Virus genome (UHGV): UHGV-0209654
DNA length: 41,774 nt
Strand: one strand, 5' to 3'
DNA from: a virus
The position numbers were made by a program, and so were the translations under genes. The first letter of the stretch is position 1, and every line of letters begins with the position of its first letter. Positions 16,498 through 25,429 of this stretch are shown piece by piece. The notes beneath the pieces are model-generated. The model searched no databases and was not told where the DNA came from. It saw only the letters and a list, made by a program, of their open reading frames with translations.

Positions 16498-17064
16498 TCA
16501 GCCTAATAACTTATTCCAATAGTCAATTTCTTCCTGTTCTTCTTTCGTATACCGTTTCTTAAGGTCACAGATCTTTTTATTGTTTCTACGAAATTCTCTT
16601 TCCCATTTTTCCAGGTGCTTACCTTTTGCCATTTTCTGCCGGATCCCCAGTACGGTGGAAAAGATACCTTCCCGGATTTCCATGAAATATCCCACAAAGG
16701 TCCACCAGTGAATATATGGGACGGATCTTACTTCGCATCCGGCCACCTGGTTGATAGCCGGAAACAGGATCGGCTCATCCTGCTCCCAGTCCATCACCTT
16801 GACCGGCATTATATCCTCTTCATCTTCCTGGTCACAGTCCAGGAACCAGAGCGCCTTTTTAGCTGCCTCTTCATAAAGTTCCTTTGGCATATCTGTCCAG
16901 CCTTCATACAGGATCTTACACATAACCACGTGAGCTTCTTCTACCGTAAGCTCTGGATCATTAAACGCCTGCATGATCACCAGGATATCCCTGTAGTCCG
17001 TTCTGATCTTCCATTCCTTTTTGCCTACCTTAAGAGTGACAGGAAGCTGGCCTAACCGGATCAT
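16498..17064 (-). CDS. Gp15-like tail assembly chaperone-type protein (188 aa)
   Basis: Position between tail chaperone and TMP. Resembles Firmicutes phage Gp15 family. Start overlaps upstream stop (ATGA). Confidence 0.5.
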   Translation of the reverse strand: MIRLGQLPVTLKVGKKEWKIRTDYRDILVIMQAFNDPELTVEEAHVVMCKILYEGWTDMPKELYEEAAKKALWFLDCDQEDEEDIMPVKVMDWEQDEPILFPAINQVAGCEVRSVPYIHWWTFVGYFMEIREGIFSTVLGIRQKMAKGKHLEKWEREFRRNNKKICDLKKRYTKEEQEEIDYWNKLLG

Positions 17065-17507
17065 TTTGTATAGCCGGCCGTATACTTCTGGATCCGCTTA
17101 TTGCTTGCCTCTACTCCGGCTTTCATGTTTTTCTTGATGATCGGCATCAGACCGTTCATAACGGACTCAAACAGGAGCTTTCCGCCTTTTACTGGTGAAA
17201 ATGGAGACTGACCATTAAACAGCGTGTCATAAACGTCTGCGTTAAAAATAGCATTAAAACAGTCTTTTACGCCCTGCTCTGCTTTCTTCCACTCAATACT
17301 TGCATTTTCATCTGTTGGATCTACGGTACCGTCCTCCAAAAGCTTGACGTTGCCCTGAAGCTCATCTTTCACATGCCCCAGCTTCTCCATTTCATCCATG
17401 CAGCGCTGCCACATATTCAGATCAGAAGGATTAATCCGGATCACACGGTCCGGATCATCATTTATCATGTACTCCTTATAACCTTCATCAAATTTAAGGC
17501 TTTCCAT
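17061..17507 (-). CDS. Tail assembly chaperone (148 aa)
   Basis: Acidic small protein between major tail protein and TMP. Confidence 0.5.
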   Translation of the reverse strand: MESLKFDEGYKEYMINDDPDRVIRINPSDLNMWQRCMDEMEKLGHVKDELQGNVKLLEDGTVDPTDENASIEWKKAEQGVKDCFNAIFNADVYDTLFNGQSPFSPVKGGKLLFESVMNGLMPIIKKNMKAGVEASNKRIQKYTAGYTK

Positions 17508-17518
17508 ATATAGTCTCC

Positions 17519-18037
17519 TTATTCACTGTCAGGTGTAAACGTCTTTGTTTCTAAGGCAAAAGTTCCCTTTACTCTGTTGCCTGTATGATGTACATTAAAC
17601 GGGATCTGATAACCGGTGGTATCTCCGCCATAGCTTGACACTTCAATAATCACATCTTCGCGATATGCCACATAAGAGCCTGCTGCTCCAGATGCCGACT
17701 CCCAAAGGTGTACTTCAACAACGGTAGTTTTTAAGTCATCCAGGGTCTGACGTTCATCAATGATCCCCTGAAGCCGTTCAAACATAGGATCACCCACAAC
17801 CGCATAAAACGGATCTGCCGTAGCCTGTGGCTGGTAGCTGTCCAATGTAACGGATGTTTCACCCAGAATATTGTTCTTGGTATCCACATTGGCATTCATT
17901 TCTACGTTGTATTCTTCCAGGTCTTTTCCTAAACGGACATAAGCTGTTTCCTTTGTGCCCGGAAGAGCAGAGTCAATAAAGTTACCCATGAATTTTCTTT
18001 TGATCTTCTGTCCTGCAATAGGTGCTTTATCTGCCAT
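17519..18037 (-). CDS. Major tail protein (172 aa)
   Basis: Position and size. Resembles phi13/TP901-like major tail proteins. Confidence 0.65.
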   Translation of the reverse strand: MADKAPIAGQKIKRKFMGNFIDSALPGTKETAYVRLGKDLEEYNVEMNANVDTKNNILGETSVTLDSYQPQATADPFYAVVGDPMFERLQGIIDERQTLDDLKTTVVEVHLWESASGAAGSYVAYREDVIIEVSSYGGDTTGYQIPFNVHHTGNRVKGTFALETKTFTPDSE

Positions 18038-18493
18038 TTATTCTTCCTCACTTTCTACTTTGTACTGGGCATAGATCTGCAGCTGATACATAACGCCCTG
18101 ATCAACGGTATCTCCCATCAGGCCCATGCTCATGGCATTGGCTGTGGTTGCCTTTAAAAATGTGGCCTCTTTCACTTCATCACCCACATTTACTTCTATT
18201 CCACTCTCTTCTGGAAGCTGCTCTAGCCAATAGGCCAGTTCCAAAAGGAAATTGCTGTTTGCCAGCCGGTTGTAATCTGTAAAGGACTGTCCCACTGCAT
18301 ACATAACAAAGTTATGCCTGCGGATCTGATTACCCAGGATATCTTCTTTCACCAGGCTGTCACCATTGCTGGACAGGCCGTAATTAACCGGATCCGGTTC
18401 TGTAAAATCAATGTGAATATCATCACCGGTCAGAAACTCGGATATCTTGGGATATTCCGTTAGTTTCTGACGCATATATTCAATGATCGTCAT
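18038..18493 (-). CDS. Tail terminator / tail completion protein (151 aa)
   Basis: Position between head-tail joining proteins and major tail protein. Confidence 0.45.
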   Translation of the reverse strand: MTIIEYMRQKLTEYPKISEFLTGDDIHIDFTEPDPVNYGLSSNGDSLVKEDILGNQIRRHNFVMYAVGQSFTDYNRLANSNFLLELAYWLEQLPEESGIEVNVGDEVKEATFLKATTANAMSMGLMGDTVDQGVMYQLQIYAQYKVESEEE

Positions 18494-18915
18494 ATCCTGC
18501 CTCCTCTGCTAAGCACTGCCTGCGCCGCCTGAAGGATATCATCCTTATGATCTGCTTTCATACGTTCAAACCATTTCTTTCCGCGCATAGGAGCACCAGC
18601 ATAAGTCAGCTCTTTTCCTGTTGGTACCTTGATCTCATTTTTCTTCGCCCAGGCACTTCCAGTTGTTGGTGACACATAAAGGATGCCTTCATACAGGTAA
18701 TGAGCAAACGGACCGGGAGTATCAATCTGGCCTGAACCGATTGTAGTGGCAGCCACCATCAGGTGTTTCAGCTCGCCGGCCTGACGCCTTGGCATATAAT
18801 CACTCATATAGCGCATACATTCACTGTCGATTGCTGCTTGCACAGGTCCATTTTCAGCAACTTTATGTCTACGCCGCATTTCTGCCGTAGAAAGCATTTT
18901 TATAACTATTTTCAT
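18490..18915 (-). CDS. HK97 gp10-like head-tail joining protein (141 aa)
   Basis: Size, position and sequence character. Confidence 0.5.
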   Translation of the reverse strand: MKIVIKMLSTAEMRRRHKVAENGPVQAAIDSECMRYMSDYMPRRQAGELKHLMVAATTIGSGQIDTPGPFAHYLYEGILYVSPTTGSAWAKKNEIKVPTGKELTYAGAPMRGKKWFERMKADHKDDILQAAQAVLSRGGRI

Positions 18916-18926
18916 GGTTACACCTC

Positions 18927-19349
18927 CTACTTACAGGACAGCTCATAATGCTGGACCGCTTCACTACCATACAACCGTTCATCCACAGTTGTAACTGTTA
19001 CATATCCATGGCTTGCTTTCAACGCTGCCAGTGACTTTGACATGGTTTCCTGACTGCTGCAGTCTATTTCGTCTTCAACGATACCTTTTACAGCCAGATC
19101 CTTTCCCTGGGTAAACGTAAGTGGATTGCAAAGACTTTCCAGCGGGATTACCAGAAGAACTGACGCTGCATCACGCTGGCCTGTTTTTAGAAAAGTAGAC
19201 TGCCTCACATCTTCCCAATAAACATCTTCAACCGGTATCCGGATGTATCGCATATCCTTGCCGCATTTGTGGTATAAATACAAGGTTACATCTGCATTAG
19301 TAAACATCAGCACACCCCCTGATAGCATAAACCGGTATTTTCCAGCCAT
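18927..19349 (-). CDS. Head closure / head-tail adaptor protein (140 aa)
   Basis: Position-based. Confidence 0.45.
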   Translation of the reverse strand: MAGKYRFMLSGGVLMFTNADVTLYLYHKCGKDMRYIRIPVEDVYWEDVRQSTFLKTGQRDAASVLLVIPLESLCNPLTFTQGKDLAVKGIVEDEIDCSSQETMSKSLAALKASHGYVTVTTVDERLYGSEAVQHYELSCK

Positions 19350-19678
19350 TTCTTAACGATCTGGTTTTGCTTCCTTATGGCAGCTTCTGTTAATTCCTGC
19401 GAAGATCCATAGGAAGCCGAATAAGTTCCGATCTTTTCAGAAGTCTTTCCGGATGCATTTTTTTCCGTCTTTTCCTGCCGACAGATAACCTCTGCCAGTT
19501 CACAGCAGCATAATTTTGCTTCTTCCGGAACATCTTCCATAATCGTCAGCCGTCCGAATGTATACTGATCCATGATCTGGCTTGCCTGTCTGGCATAAAA
19601 AGGAAAACCGGAGCTGATGGCCGCTTTCCTTCCAAGAAGATATTCATTTTTATAAAACTCTTCATCTGCATAAACCAT
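19307..19678 (-). CDS. Head-tail connector (gp6-like) protein (123 aa)
   Basis: Immediately downstream of MCP. Confidence 0.5.
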   Translation of the reverse strand: MVYADEEFYKNEYLLGRKAAISSGFPFYARQASQIMDQYTFGRLTIMEDVPEEAKLCCCELAEVICRQEKTEKNASGKTSEKIGTYSASYGSSQELTEAAIRKQNQIVKKWLENTGLCYQGVC

Positions 19679-19699
19679 CAGCTTTTTTCCTTTCTTTTA

Positions 19700-20893
19700 T
19701 CACGCATTTTTGATAAGGGTTACATCCTTCGTTACTGCAGATGCAACCACCGTTACGGTCTCAGTGATCTGACTGTATCCGGTCTTTTTGATCTTTGCCG
19801 GATATGTACCAGGTCGCAGGTTAAATACTGCTTCGCCTGACGCATTGGTCTTTAATCTGGATCCATTTACATCTACAATAGCACCTTCAATTGCTTCCGG
19901 ACTTCCTGCGTTATCCTTTACAGTAAAGGTTACAGTCTGAGTAGTTACCGGTGTTGCCGGTTCCAGATAAGCAAACGGGCAGCCTACACGGTCCTCATCC
20001 ATTCTGGTTGCCGGATTTGGAAGAGCCCAACCCATACGAAATACAATACGCAGAGCTACCATATCCTGCTGAGCCAGGTTATAAACGATATCCTTAGTGA
20101 TCGGATCCTGGATAACTCCCTGGTCAAGGATCTTTACAGTAACGTCCTGACGAATTGCATATACCGCCTGCTTAAAATCACCTACGATCAGCTGAGCAAT
20201 GCTGTTATCATAAGCACCGTTCTGCGGGAAATACATAGGCGCACCGTCCAGTGCGTAATTAGTGGATCCCTGCATGTCGCTCTTAAAAATCGGTGTTCCG
20301 TCCGTTGCCTTGATGCCTCTTAACTTTGCTCTCATACCCATGGCTGCCAGAGCGCCAGTTGCCATGTAACCATCCTCTTCAACTTTGGAGATCACGCCAT
20401 TCTCTCCCAGAAGCAGGTTGTAATAATCCGGAGTAGATCCAGGTGCTACGTTGTTGCCTGCCTGACGTGCCAGGGTGATGATATCGTTCTGCCATACTCT
20501 CGGGCGATTTACACCGAAGATGATCGCAGAGTCTACTCTCTGGCCGATTGCTTCATTTACTCTTGGAGTGATCTCACCAAAAATATCAAACTCCGCATCA
20601 TCTAATACTGCCTCTGGGATCGGCACGATAACAGCCAGCTCAGCTGCATCCAGATATACGTTATCCCAAGCCTGGCGGCTGGTCTGTTTCATACCAGTGT
20701 CACCATCCACCCAGTACGCAGTTGGGAGGAAATCCAATACACGGATCCTGGTCTGGTCACTGGTCATGTTTGGCAGCTTTCGTGCCATGCTCATAAATAC
20801 GGACTGCTTCGGTGCGTCCTGAAAAATGGTAGATACTACCTGTTCGCGGATGATTGCCTCCGCATCAGATCTGCTTGTAATATGTACTGGCAT
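19700..20893 (-). CDS. Major capsid protein (HK97 fold) with C-terminal Ig-like/decoration-type domain, 397 aa
   Basis: Follows scaffold gene. Extra approx 90-aa C-terminal beta domain (TVTFTVKDNAGSPEAIEGAIVDVNG...TGYSQITETVTV). Confidence 0.75.
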   Translation of the reverse strand: MPVHITSRSDAEAIIREQVVSTIFQDAPKQSVFMSMARKLPNMTSDQTRIRVLDFLPTAYWVDGDTGMKQTSRQAWDNVYLDAAELAVIVPIPEAVLDDAEFDIFGEITPRVNEAIGQRVDSAIIFGVNRPRVWQNDIITLARQAGNNVAPGSTPDYYNLLLGENGVISKVEEDGYMATGALAAMGMRAKLRGIKATDGTPIFKSDMQGSTNYALDGAPMYFPQNGAYDNSIAQLIVGDFKQAVYAIRQDVTVKILDQGVIQDPITKDIVYNLAQQDMVALRIVFRMGWALPNPATRMDEDRVGCPFAYLEPATPVTTQTVTFTVKDNAGSPEAIEGAIVDVNGSRLKTNASGEAVFNLRPGTYPAKIKKTGYSQITETVTVVASAVTKDVTLIKNA

Positions 20894-20908
20894 AAATCAA
20901 TTACCTCC

Positions 20909-21442
20909 TTATTCTCTTCCAAAAATACTTCTTAAGGCTTCATTTGCCCTTGTCTTTGTGTCCTCAGTTCCTTTACCGCCCGATCCAGGAGTATAAGAAA
21001 CCACTTTGGGTATCTGTGTGTCCTGAAACAAATAGGCATTGTCTTTCTTGACTGCCTCCAGAGCAGTTTTAATATCCGCTTCCTGGTTCTTGCTGGCTTT
21101 CAGCTTCTCTACATCCAGGAATGGCATTACCGCTTTCAGATCACGGGGCTTGTACCCTTCTGCCGTAGTCTTTAAAAGGTCATTAAAGTCACGATCTGCA
21201 ATCTGCTTCTGGTACTCTGCATCTTTGGCTGCCAGATCCGCAGTCAGCTTGGTAACTTTTCCCTGCAGGTCCTGAATATTGACGCCCTCAAAACTTTTCA
21301 GGGTTGTCTGGGCTGTATCTAACTGAGTCTTATAGTTATCTCTTTCTGTCTTTATGGCTTCAATATCCCTGCCATTCTCAGCCATAATGTTGTCCACCTG
21401 TTCCTTTGACAGGCCCATGTCCTCTAAAAATTTTCTCTTCAT
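20909..21442 (-). CDS. Scaffolding protein (177 aa)
   Basis: Coiled-coil acidic protein directly upstream of MCP. No prohead protease present (SPP1-like head module). Confidence 0.65.
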   Translation of the reverse strand: MKRKFLEDMGLSKEQVDNIMAENGRDIEAIKTERDNYKTQLDTAQTTLKSFEGVNIQDLQGKVTKLTADLAAKDAEYQKQIADRDFNDLLKTTAEGYKPRDLKAVMPFLDVEKLKASKNQEADIKTALEAVKKDNAYLFQDTQIPKVVSYTPGSGGKGTEDTKTRANEALRSIFGRE

Positions 21443-21520
21443 TTTCTTCCTTTCCCACTACGCTTTTTACGGGGTTGCTTCCCTTGTGCTGGTAGTTTTA
21501 CGTCATTCCGGACAATTTTC

Positions 21521-21549
21521 TGCATAAAAATAACACGCATCTCTGCGTG
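21521..21549 (-). terminator. Small intrinsic terminator (CACGCA-TCTC-TGCGTG + U-run on - strand)
   Basis: 6-bp GC stem with T-run on the - strand reading, just after the zinc-ribbon ORF stop. Confidence 0.35.
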
Positions 21550-21550
21550 C

Positions 21551-21694
21551 CTACTGCGCAATCTTGTTACATTTGGTACAACGTCTTACATATCCGCCAT
21601 ACGGACCGGAAGCCCGGCTCCAATGCTTGCGGTAGTGATGGCAGCACTCTTTCTTTTTGAAGAACCTCTGCCTGATCCACGATAAAAGTCCCAT
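21551..21694 (-). CDS. Small Cys/His-rich zinc-ribbon-like protein (47 aa, not in ORF track)
   Basis: MGLLSWIRQRFFKKKECCHHYRKHWSRASGPYGGYVRRCTKCNKIAQ. RBS GAAAGAAGGTG. Palindrome copy C about 19 nt upstream. Confidence 0.35.
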   Translation of the reverse strand: MGLLSWIRQRFFKKKECCHHYRKHWSRASGPYGGYVRRCTKCNKIAQ

Positions 21695-21712
21695 AAGATC
21701 ACCTTCTTTCAT

Positions 21713-21726
21713 TTGCGACGTCGCAA
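21713..21726. repeat. Palindrome copy C (TTGCGACGTCGCAA, perfect)
   Basis: Read directly. Abuts 3' end of the lipoprotein moron gene. Confidence 0.9.
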
Positions 21727-21735
21727 TTTATAGAT

Positions 21736-22119
21736 CTATTTAACTTCAATTTCCGGGATTAACCTTTCAGGATAAAATACCAATTCATAATGATACTTGC
21801 CTGTTCCTTTCGGCTCTGTCTGCTCCATTACATAGCAGGTCCAGTCATTCAGGTAAATATAATCCTTATAATACTGGTCATCACCTGTTTTAATGGTCAC
21901 TATCAGTTCATTTGAACTATTATTGCTAAGAGCCATATAACCTTCGGCCTGGAGCATAACCGTATCCGTTCTTGCATTGGTAACTGTAATTCTGCGATAA
22001 ATATTAAATTCATTCGCATCTTTTGATAAATTATAGTTTACTGTGTGTGCTGTTGAACACCCTGTCATTCCAAACATCACAGATAATGCCACTCCAAATG
22101 CTAAAATCTTCTTTTTCAT
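21736..22119 (-). CDS. Secreted lipoprotein (127 aa), moron inside head module
   Basis: Signal peptide + lipobox LSVMFGMTGC. Sits between minor head protein and scaffold genes with its own upstream hairpin/palindrome region. Confidence 0.7.
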   Translation of the reverse strand: MKKKILAFGVALSVMFGMTGCSTAHTVNYNLSKDANEFNIYRRITVTNARTDTVMLQAEGYMALSNNSSNELIVTIKTGDDQYYKDYIYLNDWTCYVMEQTEPKGTGKYHYELVFYPERLIPEIEVK

Positions 22120-22139
22120 CTTCTTGTCCTCTCTTTCCT

Positions 22140-22183
22140 AAAAATGGGTACAAAAATACCACCGGCCTGATGACTGGTGGTAT
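22140..22183 (-). terminator. Hairpin ATACCACC...GGTGGTAT + U-tract on - strand, immediately upstream of lipoprotein RBS
   Basis: 8-bp stem followed by TTTTTGTACCCATTTTT on the - strand reading. Confidence 0.45.
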
Positions 22184-22206
22184 TCGTAATTTTTATATAT
22201 GCTAAT

Positions 22207-22222
22207 CCAGATAACTATCTGG
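22207..22222. promoter_or_regulatory. Palindromic operator-like site CCAGATAACTATCTGG next to a TATATA(-10-like) element upstream of lipoprotein gene
   Basis: 7-bp arms with 2-bp spacer. TATATAAAAAT on - strand at 22190-22200. Confidence 0.35.
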
Positions 22223-22313
22223 CAGGAGTCACCTCTCCTGCATCTCTTTTGACCCATAGGGTGCGTGGTTGCAACGTATTTTACCACCTCAAACAGTCAT
22301 CTGGATAAAGCCT

Positions 22314-22493
22314 TTAATAACTATGCCATTTACAATTTTTGCAAATTCCTTTCCAATCAGCTTTTTTCTTAAATCGCTCAGGTACTTTGTCCATCTTTAA
22401 CACACCGTCAACTGCATCCACATTTTCGATACAATCAATATCCTCAACCATTTCATCCACAAGAGGACATTTTACAAATCTATCATCTTCCAT
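22314..22493 (-). CDS. Small Cys-containing protein (59 aa, not in ORF track), low confidence
   Basis: MEDDRFVKCPLVDEMVEDIDCIENV...CKNCKWHSY. Start overlaps the stop of the minor head protein gene. Weak RBS. Confidence 0.3.
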   Translation of the reverse strand: MEDDRFVKCPLVDEMVEDIDCIENVDAVDGVLKMDKVPERFKKKADWKGICKNCKWHSY

Positions 22494-24033
22494 GTCTCAC
22501 TATCTCCAATGCTTTCAAAATGTTGTCAGAATACTCTTCCCGCTTAAATGCAGTACGGATAAATGCATCCGATGTTCTTACGTATGCAGCTCCATCTTCA
22601 CTGTAGTACCGCTCGAACTGCCCCTTCCAGACGGTCTCTGAAAATGATGCCCGGCGGATAAAACCTTTTGCTTCGTCAAAAGTTACTTCATGCTGCCGTT
22701 CATCGTTAATGTGTTCGCTGTCAAAGCTGAGTTTTTCAAAATCCACTTTGCTCGGTTCAAGATTAATCTTTCCTCGGAAACCCAATTCCTTTAACTCTGA
22801 TTTTATTATAGCAATTCTCTTCCGTTTTTCAATAGCTTCCAGTTCTTCCTTGGTCGGATTAGCCTCGCCAACCTTCAACCGCTCCCTCTGCTGCCGCAGG
22901 CCCATAGCCTTTGAAAATTCCACATAGGTCTTTTCTGTTAATCGCTTCCTGCATCTGGCAGCAGTCAGGTCATCTTTATCAGCTCTGGCCTTTTCCAGGA
23001 GCTTAATGTCCTGTTTCTGCTTCCGGATCGTGCGTTCCAGCTTCCGCTGATACTGCAGCGCCGCATATGTATCATACTCTTTACCATGAAAGGACTTCTT
23101 TTCATTCTCTTTCCTGTTCTGCTCCACAAGCCACTCATCTGTGTATTTACGTTTTGAAATACCAGGAATAAAAGGAAAACGGATGTGGTAGCAGTTGATC
23201 CCAGCAAATCCCAGCATCTCTCCCAAACCACAGACAGTACGCATTTCAGCGGAGCTATATACTTTACCCTGCCAGCTTTGGTGGTTCATGTATCCAGTTC
23301 CTGTATTACGGGCTCCTAAATGCCATTCAACTTCCCAGTAGTCCGTTCCCAGCTCTTTTGCGTTATGCTCATTCACCTTATCGGTCATCTGCGCAATGCC
23401 TGTCATAACAGCTCTCCTGGCCGCCACCTCAATACGGTCCGACCTTCCTGATGCATAATCAACCACCCGAACGCCACTGGATGTCATCTCATCGATCACA
23501 TCACCGATTGCCTGGCTGTATGTCTTAGCGCCAGTAGTGATCTTCATCATGGCTTCATCTAAGCTGCGTTCCAGATACTCAGACATAGGAGTAAACACTT
23601 TTTTCCCGTTTCCCATTGGCACATTAAAACCGGTTGTCTTTGTGATATTTTCCATAGGCCTAAGACTATCCGTTGTCTGATCCTTTACTGCCTGCACCAC
23701 CTGTTTTAGCCAGTCATTATCCTCATACGGGATCGCATCCATGCCTACAGCTTTGTAGATCTCACTATTTCTCACATAATCAGATCTTGCTGCAGTTTCA
23801 TAGATCTCATCAATATCGATCCCTGCAGTTTTTACACCTTCCCGTAGGATCTCTTTGATCCGCTTCTTACTCATGCCTATGGCAGTCATACGATTAAGCA
23901 GCCAATCTGTCACCGGCGTGATCTGGGAACATTCCCGGATCCGGTTTACGACCTCTAACATGATATCCATTTCCAATGCTGTCATGGTACGTTCTAATGG
24001 CTTCGGCAACTTTTCAAGTTCTTCCGGCGTCAA
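22483..24033 (-). CDS. Minor head protein (SPP1 gp7 / Mu F-like head morphogenesis protein), 516 aa
   Basis: Immediately downstream of portal. Size and composition typical. Long basic C-terminal extension. Confidence 0.65.
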   Translation of the reverse strand: MTPEELEKLPKPLERTMTALEMDIMLEVVNRIRECSQITPVTDWLLNRMTAIGMSKKRIKEILREGVKTAGIDIDEIYETAARSDYVRNSEIYKAVGMDAIPYEDNDWLKQVVQAVKDQTTDSLRPMENITKTTGFNVPMGNGKKVFTPMSEYLERSLDEAMMKITTGAKTYSQAIGDVIDEMTSSGVRVVDYASGRSDRIEVAARRAVMTGIAQMTDKVNEHNAKELGTDYWEVEWHLGARNTGTGYMNHQSWQGKVYSSAEMRTVCGLGEMLGFAGINCYHIRFPFIPGISKRKYTDEWLVEQNRKENEKKSFHGKEYDTYAALQYQRKLERTIRKQKQDIKLLEKARADKDDLTAARCRKRLTEKTYVEFSKAMGLRQQRERLKVGEANPTKEELEAIEKRKRIAIIKSELKELGFRGKINLEPSKVDFEKLSFDSEHINDERQHEVTFDEAKGFIRRASFSETVWKGQFERYYSEDGAAYVRTSDAFIRTAFKREEYSDNILKALEIVRHGR

Positions 24034-24038
24034 TCAGA

Positions 24039-25427
24039 TCACTCCTCTACGTTTGCTGGTTCAGGAAGGTTCTTCTGGGCCTCTTCCATTGTCTCCCCAT
24101 ACCACTTGCTTCTGTACTCTGCCAAGCTCATTACACCCATGGCAACATCCGCACGATCCGTCTGACGGTCTGCCTCTGCATCCACTACAATGCTGTCATC
24201 CCAGTCAAAGGAAACCTGATAGTCATTGCCCGGTGGTACCAGACCGTACAAGGAAGCCCAAAAATTCATGGCATATACCAAATCTTCCAGAGCAGTCTGT
24301 AAAGCAAGCTGTGTATCTGACACAAAGGTATAGGAGCGCTGCTTGCTGGTCTTGATCTCCGTTGCTGTCTTATCCACATTCTGAGGATCCGAAAGCGTTC
24401 CATAAGCCAGACAGCAGGCAAACTCTATCAACTTCAACTGATTATTAAATCCATTGAATAATGCTGTATCCCGGATCTCCGGAGAAAATGTGTCTATAAA
24501 AGGCTTGTCTGATGCACCGGTGTTATACTCCACGTTGCGGTATAACCTGTCCTGGCCGCCTGGGTACTCAAACTTATCCAGGTCACGGTTATACTTAAGC
24601 ATTGAAGTTGCCACATGCACTGCCAACTGCGTGCCCTCATACTCCCAGCAGATATTGGAATAACGCCTGTCTCCCTCTTTGATCAGCTCCACCGCTCTGG
24701 AATATACGGATACTCCCAATGGGCTTCCCGTATCATCCGCATTTGCAAGTGGTACCTTAAAATACCCAAACAGAAGCCGATCGGCACCCTCCAGCACTGC
24801 TTCCGGCATTAATTCTGACCACCTATCCACTGCATTTACGCTGATCTCGCTTCCAAGGCTGTAGTCATTGGTTGCAACAAAGGCCCTGTTTGTGATCCGG
24901 ATCTGTTCTCCCTGCAGCGTATGGACTTCCAATCTGGTATAGATCTTCTGTCCTTTCCGGAACTGCTCCGTAAACACACACTGTTGGATCTGGCCGGAGT
25001 CGTCAAAAGCAAGAGGGAAGAAACAGTCTGCCTGTACATACTGAATTGCAAGACCTGTTTTTGTAACATACGGTTTTAAAATCAAGCTGCCTTTCGCACA
25101 TCCGTACTCCACATACCTGCGGATATTTTTCAGTACCTTTTTCTGATACTGATCATTCAGATAGGCTGCAGAAGAGCCTCCTGTTATCTCCGACTTCATT
25201 TCCAGGGTTACAAGCCTTGCAACTTCAGAGGCAATAGCCGCCGGCAGCTGCGCACTTTTCACTTTCTTCCGGTCTACCCATGGCGCATTATCCTCATACA
25301 TGGCCGTCCATAACTCTATTCTTCGGGCCATTTCAGAAGTCATGCAAACATCAACCTGTGTATCCGAGTTCTGATTTAAAACCTGCGTGATCGCAGCCAG
25401 CATTTTAGAAAATTTCATTGTTATCAC
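24039..25427 (-). CDS. Portal protein (462 aa)
   Basis: Directly downstream of terminase large subunit. SPP1 gp6-like size. Confidence 0.8.
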   Translation of the reverse strand: MITMKFSKMLAAITQVLNQNSDTQVDVCMTSEMARRIELWTAMYEDNAPWVDRKKVKSAQLPAAIASEVARLVTLEMKSEITGGSSAAYLNDQYQKKVLKNIRRYVEYGCAKGSLILKPYVTKTGLAIQYVQADCFFPLAFDDSGQIQQCVFTEQFRKGQKIYTRLEVHTLQGEQIRITNRAFVATNDYSLGSEISVNAVDRWSELMPEAVLEGADRLLFGYFKVPLANADDTGSPLGVSVYSRAVELIKEGDRRYSNICWEYEGTQLAVHVATSMLKYNRDLDKFEYPGGQDRLYRNVEYNTGASDKPFIDTFSPEIRDTALFNGFNNQLKLIEFACCLAYGTLSDPQNVDKTATEIKTSKQRSYTFVSDTQLALQTALEDLVYAMNFWASLYGLVPPGNDYQVSFDWDDSIVVDAEADRQTDRADVAMGVMSLAEYRSKWYGETMEEAQKNLPEPANVEE

Positions 25428-25429
25428 CT

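Noticed and set aside
16498-17507. Programmed -1 frameshift between the two tail chaperone genes
   Set aside because: The two ORFs are joined by an ATGA overlap with independent start. No slippery heptamer noticed at the junction.
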